Below, one piece after another: positions 57,432 to 64,000 of a stretch of DNA of 64,000 bases. The DNA comes from Hydrurus foetidus (Eukaryota), in the NCBI GenBank assembly GCA_900617105.1, contig UYFQ01000006.1, forward strand, positions 806,001 to 870,000, in the 5' to 3' direction. The position numbers were made by a program, and so were the translations under genes. The notes below the pieces were generated by a model. The model was not told where the DNA came from. It saw only the letters and a list, made by a program, of their open reading frames with translations, and did no database searches. Each line of letters starts with the position of its first letter. Position 1 is the first letter of the stretch.

Positions 57432-58577
57432 ATGAACGCACTCCCCTCTCAACGGCATCTTTTTGACATCCCCAAAGAGATCGCGTACTTCAATTGTTCG
57501 TACAACTCGCCGCAACTCAATGCGTCGAGAGAGCTGTTGGTATCCGGTGCTCACAACAAGAGCCACCCGTGGGAGCGCACGCCTGCCAGCTTCTTCGAAG
57601 ATGCCGAAAAAATTCGCCTGCTTGCGGCAACTGCACTTGGCGGGGATGCCGAGGGTTACGCCGTCATACCGGCTGCCAGCTACGGCCTCAGCACGGCGGC
57701 AAGAGCGATTGAGCCCCAACTGAGCAAGGGTGATGTGATCCTCGTGGTCGCAGAAGAATTCCCCAGTAACGTGCTGCCTTGGCAGCGAACTGCCAAGGAA
57801 ACCGGCGCAGTTTTGGAAACGGTGCCAACGCCAGTGGATGGCAATTGGACAAGCGCTATTGCGCAAAAGATTCACCAAGGCGTGAAGGTCGTGGCCATTT
57901 CCACCTGCCATTGGACCAATGGGGCTTTCATCGACTTGCAGCCTATTGCACAAGTTTGCCGCGATGCGGGCAGTATTCTCGTCGTGGACGCGACGCAATC
58001 GTTGGGTGCGGTGCCCTTCTCGTTTGCAGACATTCAGCCTGATTTTTTGGTCGCTGCTGGCTACAAGTGGCTGTTGTGCCCCTATGGATTCGGCTTGCTG
58101 TACGTCGGCGAAAAATGGCGCCATGCCCGTCCGCTTGAAGAGACATGGCTTGCCCGGCTCAATGCGGAAGACTTCGCAGGCTTGGTGAAGTATTCGGACG
58201 TTTATATGCCCGGCGCACGCCGCTTTGATGTGGGCGAAAAGTGTACGGCGACGATTCTTCCGGGGGCGATCGCTGCATTGACGCAAATTGGCGCATGGGG
58301 CGTGAGCAACATTGCAGCCACGCTGTCTGCCATCAACACACAGGTGGCCGGTCATCTGGAGCAACTTGGGTTTCAGTTGCCCAGTGCGGCGCAACGCAGC
58401 CCGCACATGTTCGGCGCCCAAATACCCACAGGTCATGCCAGTAACTTCGTTTCTGACCTCAAAGCAAAGAACATCTTTATCAGCCAACGCGGAAACGCAC
58501 TTCGGTTTGCACCTCATCTGCATGTGGATGCGGCTGATATCAACCGGCTGATCGAGGCCTTGACCGCGTTGGTTTGA
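57432..58577 (+). CDS. Aminotransferase class V / cysteine desulfurase-like PLP enzyme
   Basis: YFNCS, EFPSNV, VVDATQSLG, GYKWLLCPYG, LRFAPH. Confidence 0.9.
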   Translation: MNALPSQRHLFDIPKEIAYFNCSYNSPQLNASRELLVSGAHNKSHPWERTPASFFEDAEKIRLLAATALGGDAEGYAVIPAASYGLSTAARAIEPQLSKGDVILVVAEEFPSNVLPWQRTAKETGAVLETVPTPVDGNWTSAIAQKIHQGVKVVAISTCHWTNGAFIDLQPIAQVCRDAGSILVVDATQSLGAVPFSFADIQPDFLVAAGYKWLLCPYGFGLLYVGEKWRHARPLEETWLARLNAEDFAGLVKYSDVYMPGARRFDVGEKCTATILPGAIAALTQIGAWGVSNIAATLSAINTQVAGHLEQLGFQLPSAAQRSPHMFGAQIPTGHASNFVSDLKAKNIFISQRGNALRFAPHLHVDAADINRLIEALTALV

Positions 58578-58584
58578 CGCTGAC

Positions 58585-59841
58585 TCAAGGCCGCGTCATT
58601 TTGCACTCCGTACCCTGCGCCAGCTCGTTGCCGGTGTACACCGCATCGGTACGGAACCCGTAGTTCGTTCCTTCCCAGCCCGTTTTCACGGCCTTGCCGT
58701 CCACCGGCGCAATGGTGTTCACCACCTGAGGCAGCAGCAACTGGTGGTCTTCTCCACGCATACGCACCGTGCCGACCACCGATTCGTAGCTCAAATCTTC
58801 CATCGCTTTGGCGATGCGCAACGGCTCCAGCGATTTCGCCTTGTTGATGGCCGCTGCCAGCATGTGTGTGGTGAACTCAATGCGTGGCGCTAAAAAGTCT
58901 TTGCCTGTCTTCAGCTTGTAGGCTTTGGACAGAGCTTCCGCCTTGGGCACACCTTCCTCGCCGGGATGCCACTCCGCCACCCAGGTCAGCTGCCCTATTT
59001 TGGACTGAGACATCGCCAGCACCGTGCCTGGTATAGACCCCGCGCTATGGTTAAAGTAGCGCAGGTTGTAGCCTGCATCGCCTGCCGCACGCAGCAGCAG
59101 CGTCATGTCTTGCCCCCAGTTGCCGGTAATCAGGCTGTCGGCCCCGGTGGCTTTGATTTTGGAGATGTAGGGCGAAAAGTCTTTCACTCTTCCAATCGCG
59201 TGCAGATCCTGCCCCACAAATTTCACATCAGGCCGTGCCAAGCCAACCATTTCTTGTCCGTTCCGTGCCCACTGCTTGCCATGCGCGTAATCCTGGTTCA
59301 GCAGGTAGACGTTTTTGATGTCTGGCTGCTTCTTGATGTAATTTGCCAGCGCCTTCATCTTCATTGCCGTGTTGGCCTCAAACTGAAAATGCCAAAAGTT
59401 GCACGCCTTGCCCGTCAGATCGGGGTCAATCGACGAATGGTTGAGCACCAGCACAGCTTTGTCGGGGTTGCGTTCGTTGTGCTTGGCCGCTGTCTGCACC
59501 AGCGCTGCCACCACCGACGAGCCTGAGCCGCCCGTCAAAATCGCCCGCGCACCCTGGTCAATGGCCGCTTGCAGCGCAATTTGGCTTTCTTGCGCCGAGA
59601 GCTTGCTGTCGAATTGCAGCAGTTGTAGCTTGGTGCCAGCCTTGCCATTCATCAGCACACCCCCCTTGGCGTTGATGTCTTCCACCGCGTACTGGATGTG
59701 GCTCAGCATCAGCTCACCCACGTTGGCAAAGGGCCCGCTCAAGGGGTCGATGTAGGCGATTTTGAAAGTTTCCTGGGCCGATGCAGCATGCGTAAACAAT
59801 GCTGCACTTGTGAGGGCGAGGGTTGCGAGGCGTGAGGTCAT
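58585..59841 (-). CDS. Branched-chain amino acid-type ABC substrate-binding protein (orphan)
   Basis: Signal peptide, KIAYIDPLSGPFA, NQDYAHG, ITGNWG; no permease or ATPase adjacent. Confidence 0.88.
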   Translation of the reverse strand: MTSRLATLALTSAALFTHAASAQETFKIAYIDPLSGPFANVGELMLSHIQYAVEDINAKGGVLMNGKAGTKLQLLQFDSKLSAQESQIALQAAIDQGARAILTGGSGSSVVAALVQTAAKHNERNPDKAVLVLNHSSIDPDLTGKACNFWHFQFEANTAMKMKALANYIKKQPDIKNVYLLNQDYAHGKQWARNGQEMVGLARPDVKFVGQDLHAIGRVKDFSPYISKIKATGADSLITGNWGQDMTLLLRAAGDAGYNLRYFNHSAGSIPGTVLAMSQSKIGQLTWVAEWHPGEEGVPKAEALSKAYKLKTGKDFLAPRIEFTTHMLAAAINKAKSLEPLRIAKAMEDLSYESVVGTVRMRGEDHQLLLPQVVNTIAPVDGKAVKTGWEGTNYGFRTDAVYTGNELAQGTECKMTRP

Positions 59842-59917
59842 GAGAGTCTCCAGTTTTTAGGATGAGAATGAAACGGTGGACGAAAGAACGAAAGAACGGA
59901 GACAGGGGCAGTGGTGC

Positions 59918-60571
59918 TTAAGCATTGCTGGTACTGCGCCTGCGGCTCTTGCGCAAGCCAATGACCCGCCAAGCCAGTTGCGACAGCTCACGCACCATAT
60001 CCTCGGGTGGCAGGCGCCCATCGGGGCGGTACCAGTTGTACAGAAAGCCGGGAAGGCTGCAGGCGGCGAGCGCGGTGATCTTGGTTTCGTTGAAATCCAG
60101 CATGCCATCGTTGCGCGCTTCTTCCAGCAAGGCGCACATCTTGTCGTAAAAATGGTGCGCGATCTTCTTTTGCGCTGCCAGCATCTCGGGCCGGAAGGCC
60201 TGTGGGTCGCGGTAGGCAAAGAATGCAGAGGGGTGATTGTTGATTGTTGCGCGTATCAGCTGCTCCAGGCCTTGCGTCAGCTTGACGTGTGCAGCGCGCA
60301 TGTCTTCAGGTGCGAAATCAAGTGCCGTAAAGCACTCTACCGTCGGGCGCCAAGAGAGTGTTTCAAAAATTTCTTGCTTATCGCGAAAGTAGTAGTACAC
60401 AAAGGGCTTTGTCACACCCAGATCCCTCGCAATCTGCTCCAGCGTGGTGTTGGCATAGCCTTGTGCCGCAAACAGTTGTTCAGCCGCTTTCAGGATGAGT
60501 TCTCGTTTTTCATCTGTTCCTGCGGTGGCGGCCCGCTGTCTGCCACGGCTGGAAGCTTTGGAGTTTGTCAT
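59918..60571 (-). CDS. TetR/AcrR family regulator
   Basis: ILKAAEQLFAAQGYANTTLEQIARDLGVTKPFVYYYF. Confidence 0.93.
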   Translation of the reverse strand: MTNSKASSRGRQRAATAGTDEKRELILKAAEQLFAAQGYANTTLEQIARDLGVTKPFVYYYFRDKQEIFETLSWRPTVECFTALDFAPEDMRAAHVKLTQGLEQLIRATINNHPSAFFAYRDPQAFRPEMLAAQKKIAHHFYDKMCALLEEARNDGMLDFNETKITALAACSLPGFLYNWYRPDGRLPPEDMVRELSQLAWRVIGLRKSRRRSTSNA

Positions 60572-60599
60572 GGGTGTCGCGAAGGTTCTGTTCTATTTA

Positions 60600-60634
60600 T
60601 ACCGATAGGTAGTATTGTTATACCAGCTGGTATA
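60600..60634. promoter_or_regulatory. Two TetR-type operators (TACC-N4-GGTA) in divergent promoter
   Basis: TACC-GATA-GGTA at 60600-60611 and perfect palindrome TATACCAGCTGGTATA at 60619-60634. Confidence 0.7.
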
Positions 60635-60690
60635 TGTTGACAAGCCCCAGCCCTCTGCCACCCCCTAGCGATAACCCTGAAAGTGACACC

Positions 60691-62337
60691 ATGGAGACAA
60701 ATCCACGCCTACCAACCCCTGCACAGCCTTTGCATGAGCACCTGCGCAGCCATGCACGCGAGCGCCCCCACGCCGCCGCCATCCTCTGGTATGGCCACAC
60801 CGTCACTTGGGCTGAACTAGACCGCGCCAGTGATGCCTTCGCCGCCCGTTTGGCCGCGTTGGGTGTGCAAAAAGGCGACCCCATTGCCTTGTTCATGAAC
60901 AACTGCCCGCAGTACGTGATGGCGCACTACGGCATCCAAAAAATCGGCGCCATCGTCTGCCCTTGTGGCCCGCTGTACAAAGAACACGAACTCGAATACC
61001 AGCTGAACGACCTGCAAGCCCGCGTCATCGTGGCCGCCGATGTGCTGCTGCCTATCGTGGACAAGGTGCGTGCCAAAACCGCGCTGGCGCATGTCTTTGT
61101 TGTTCGCTACGGGGACTTGCTGCCCCAGTTGCCTGAGTTGTCTACGGTGGACATTCCTGCCGAGCTGTTGGCGATGCAAGCCGCTTGCGCACCTGCCCCT
61201 GTCGACACTGAAGACTTCCTCGCTGTCACCCTCTCCGGTGCTGCTTGCCCACCGGTCGATCTGGCGATGGACGACGTGGCCCTGATGACCTACACCTCGG
61301 GCACCACCGGCCTGCCCAAAGGCGCGATGCTGAGCTACGGCAATGCCCTGTTCAAAACCGTCGCTGCCGCTCAGTGCAATGGTGTGGGCTCAGCCGATGT
61401 GTTGCTGTCCATCGCCCCGCTCTACCACATCGCCGGGATGGCGATGGGTATCAACGTGCCGGTCTATACCGGGGCGACCAGCGTGCTGCTGTACCGGTTT
61501 GACCCCAGCGCTGTGCTGCAAGCCATCTCGCGCCACCGTGTCACCTGGTGGTACAGCATTGCCCCGATGAATGTCGCCGTGATGGCCGCACCCGGTGCGA
61601 ACGATCTCGCCCGCTACGACCTCAGCAGCTTACGCATGAACCCCGTCACCAGCTTTGGCATCACCTTCACCGAAGCCCTGGCCCAGCAGTGGCGCGGGTT
61701 TGCCGTGAACTGCGCCTCGTTCGAAGCCGCCTACGGCCTGAGCGAAACCCACACCGTAGACACCTACATGCCGCATGACGCTGTTCGCTGGGGCGCACAC
61801 GGCAAAGCCGTCCCTGGCAACACACTGCGCATCCTTGACCCTGACACGGGTATCGAGGTGCCTTGCGGTGAGGTGGGTGAAATCACCATCGAAGGCCCAG
61901 GCAATTTCAAAGGTTATTGGAACAACCCCGTCGCTACCGCCAAAACCCTGAAAGACGGCATCGTCTACACCGGCGACATGGGCCGCATCGACGCTGACGG
62001 CTACCTCACCTTCATCGGCAGGTTCAAAGAGATGATCAAAGTCTCCGGCTACAGCGTGTTCCCCGAAGAGGTTGAAACCTACCTCATCAAACACCCCGCC
62101 GTTGCCCAAGCCGCCGTCATCGGCGTGCCTGACGCGCAAAAGGGCGAAAGCATCCGCGCTTTCATCGTGCTCAAAGCGGGGCAGCAAGCTGGTGTGGACA
62201 TCGATGCCCCCGCCCTCATCGCCTGGGCGCGTGACAACATGGCCAGCTACAAAGCCCCGCGTGATGTGCGTTTCATCGACGCACTGCCCGCTACCGGCGC
62301 GGGTAAAGTGCTGCGTCGCCTGCTCAAAGACTTCTGA
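60691..62337 (+). CDS. Acyl-CoA synthetase / AMP-binding enzyme (long-chain fatty acid-CoA ligase-like)
   Basis: YTSGTTGLPKG, YGLSET, TGDMG, GRFKEMIK, GAGKV. Confidence 0.92.
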   Translation: METNPRLPTPAQPLHEHLRSHARERPHAAAILWYGHTVTWAELDRASDAFAARLAALGVQKGDPIALFMNNCPQYVMAHYGIQKIGAIVCPCGPLYKEHELEYQLNDLQARVIVAADVLLPIVDKVRAKTALAHVFVVRYGDLLPQLPELSTVDIPAELLAMQAACAPAPVDTEDFLAVTLSGAACPPVDLAMDDVALMTYTSGTTGLPKGAMLSYGNALFKTVAAAQCNGVGSADVLLSIAPLYHIAGMAMGINVPVYTGATSVLLYRFDPSAVLQAISRHRVTWWYSIAPMNVAVMAAPGANDLARYDLSSLRMNPVTSFGITFTEALAQQWRGFAVNCASFEAAYGLSETHTVDTYMPHDAVRWGAHGKAVPGNTLRILDPDTGIEVPCGEVGEITIEGPGNFKGYWNNPVATAKTLKDGIVYTGDMGRIDADGYLTFIGRFKEMIKVSGYSVFPEEVETYLIKHPAVAQAAVIGVPDAQKGESIRAFIVLKAGQQAGVDIDAPALIAWARDNMASYKAPRDVRFIDALPATGAGKVLRRLLKDF

Positions 62338-62368
62338 ATACCCCTGAACTACTTCTGAAAGCTGCTTG

Positions 62369-64000
62369 ATGTTCCAGAAAATTCTGATCGCCAACCGGGG
62401 TGAAATCGCCGTGCGTTTGGTGCGTGCCGTGGCCGACATGGGCATTCAAAGCGTGGCCGTCTACGCCCAGGACGACGCCCAAGCCCTGCATGTGCAAGCC
62501 GCCGATACCGCCGTCGCTTTGGGCAACCCCGGTGAAGCCCGCGCCACAGGTGCTAGCGCCTACCTCAACATCTCCCGCCTGATCGCCATCGCCTTGGAAA
62601 CCGGCTGTGATGCCATCCACCCCGGTTACGGTTTCCTGAGCGAGCGCGCTGATTTCGCCACGGCCTGCGCCGAGGCCGGTCTGTGCTTCATCGGCCCCAC
62701 GCCCGAGCAGCTCGCCTTGTTCGGCGACAAAGCCAGCGCCCGTGCCTTGGCCTTGAAGCACCATGTCCCGCTGATGCCCGGCAGCCAAAGCGCTGTCACG
62801 CTGGCGCAAGCGCAGGCCTTTTTTGCGGCGCAACAGCCGTCATCCGTGCAAACCTCTTCTGAGCCCGTCGGCATCATGGTCAAAGCCATTGGTGGCGGCG
62901 GCGGACGCGGGATGCGTGCCGTGCTCAGCGCTGATGCCCTGCCCGAAGCCTATGCCCGTTGCGTCTCCGAAGCCCGCGCCGCTTTCGGGGTAGACGGCGT
63001 GTACGTCGAGCGCTTGATGGCCAACGCCCGCCACATCGAGATTCAAATTGTGGGCGATGGCGAATCCGTCATGTCCCTGGGCGAGCGTGAATGCAGCTTA
63101 CAGCGCCGTTTTCAAAAACTCGTCGAAATCGCCCCCAGCCCTTCGTTATCGTCTGCCTTGCGCGAGCAAGTCACCGCCGCCGCACTGAAGCTCGCCCGTG
63201 CCGTCCATTACCAAAGTCTGGGCACTTTCGAGTTTCTGGTAGACGTTGCCTCCACCGATTTGCCTTTCGTTTTCATCGAAGCCAACCCGCGTCTGCAAGT
63301 CGAGCACACCATCACCGAAGCCGTTACTGGGCTGGACTTGGTGCAGCTGCAAATCAGCGTGGCAGCCGGGCAAAGCCTGCAAACGCTGGGCCTCAACCCG
63401 GCGCAACCCCCACAGCCCCAAGGCTTTGCTCTCCAGTGGCGCATCAACGCCGAGACGTTGGATACCCAAGGCAACGCCCGCCCCACCAGCGGCACGCTGA
63501 CCCGCTTTGATTTGACCCAAGGCCCCGGCATCCGCGTCGATACCCACGGCTTTGGTGGCTGCACGCCTTCACCGCACTACGATACGCTGCTGGCCAAACT
63601 GATCGTCCACAGCCCCGGCACCTTCGCTGGGGCTGCCCGCCGCGCCCGCCGTGCCCTGGCCGAATGCCGCATTGAAGGCCTCGCCACCAATCTGCCCCTG
63701 CTGCAAGCCCTGGCGGCCAGACCTGAGTTCGACACGCAGCAGGTGCATACCCGGTTTGTGGAAGCGCATTTGGGTGAGCTGCTCGCCTCAGCCGTCGGGT
63801 TCAGCGTTGCTCCTGAAAAAGAAGCGGCTCTAGCACGCCCTGTAAGCGGTAAAGGCCTATTAGATGCCTCAAAATATGCTTTTGACCCCTCCCAAACCGC
63901 CGTTTTGGCCCCCATGCCCGCCCGCCTCGTGCAACTCAACGTGGCTGTGGGCGATGTGGTGCCTACAGGCCATCAGGTGGCGGTGCTGGAGGCCATGAAG
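62369..64000 (+). CDS. Biotin-dependent acyl-CoA carboxylase (biotin carboxylase + biotinyl domain), truncated by window end
   Basis: Not in ORF track because no stop; translates MFQKILIANRGEIAVR, HPGYGFLSE, GGGGRGMR, ERECSLQRRFQK, EANPRLQVEH and ends at the biotin motif EAMK. Confidence 0.93.
   Translation, partial: MFQKILIANRGEIAVRLVRAVADMGIQSVAVYAQDDAQALHVQAADTAVALGNPGEARATGASAYLNISRLIAIALETGCDAIHPGYGFLSERADFATACAEAGLCFIGPTPEQLALFGDKASARALALKHHVPLMPGSQSAVTLAQAQAFFAAQQPSSVQTSSEPVGIMVKAIGGGGGRGMRAVLSADALPEAYARCVSEARAAFGVDGVYVERLMANARHIEIQIVGDGESVMSLGERECSLQRRFQKLVEIAPSPSLSSALREQVTAAALKLARAVHYQSLGTFEFLVDVASTDLPFVFIEANPRLQVEHTITEAVTGLDLVQLQISVAAGQSLQTLGLNPAQPPQPQGFALQWRINAETLDTQGNARPTSGTLTRFDLTQGPGIRVDTHGFGGCTPSPHYDTLLAKLIVHSPGTFAGAARRARRALAECRIEGLATNLPLLQALAARPEFDTQQVHTRFVEAHLGELLASAVGFSVAPEKEAALARPVSGKGLLDASKYAFDPSQTAVLAPMPARLVQLNVAVGDVVPTGHQVAVLEAMK
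63809..63870 (+). repeat. Dispersed element in linker between biotin carboxylase and biotinyl domains
   Basis: GCTCC-TGAAAAA-GAAGC-GGCTCTAGC-ACGCCCTGT-AAGCGGTAAAGGCCTATTAGATGCC. Confidence 0.7.

Noticed and set aside
56780..58577. tRNA-Arg as an integration site for a genomic island
   Set aside because: No integrase nearby and no duplicated tRNA 3' end seen in the window.

Overview
Chromosomal window from a GC-rich betaproteobacterium, most likely Comamonadaceae (Rhodoferax-like, inferred from gene content and order). Core genes: ptsI end, pckG, ilvA, lipA, lipB-ybeD-dat, the complete atpIBEFHAGDC operon, cytochrome c5 and tRNA-Arg(CCG). Three accessory blocks lie among them. (1) 654-9768: a tightly coupled operon (OmpA, CHASE2, two exported caspase-like C14 proteases, a lipoprotein, MlaD/MCE, TPR lipoprotein, MlaE-like), followed by a stand-alone CYP102-like P450. 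(2) about 22.1-30.3 kb: an ABC importer, flavin monooxygenase, porin and IclR island. (3) A 9.4-kb block between lipA and lipB with DUF2760, two atypical Hsp70s and an ABC-ATPase/TOPRIM pair (candidate defence module). A dispersed ~55-60 bp motif with core GCTAY-N7-RTAGC occurs about a dozen times, mostly inside coding sequences. No CRISPR array, integrase or transposase was seen. All calls come from reading motifs by eye, with no database searches.
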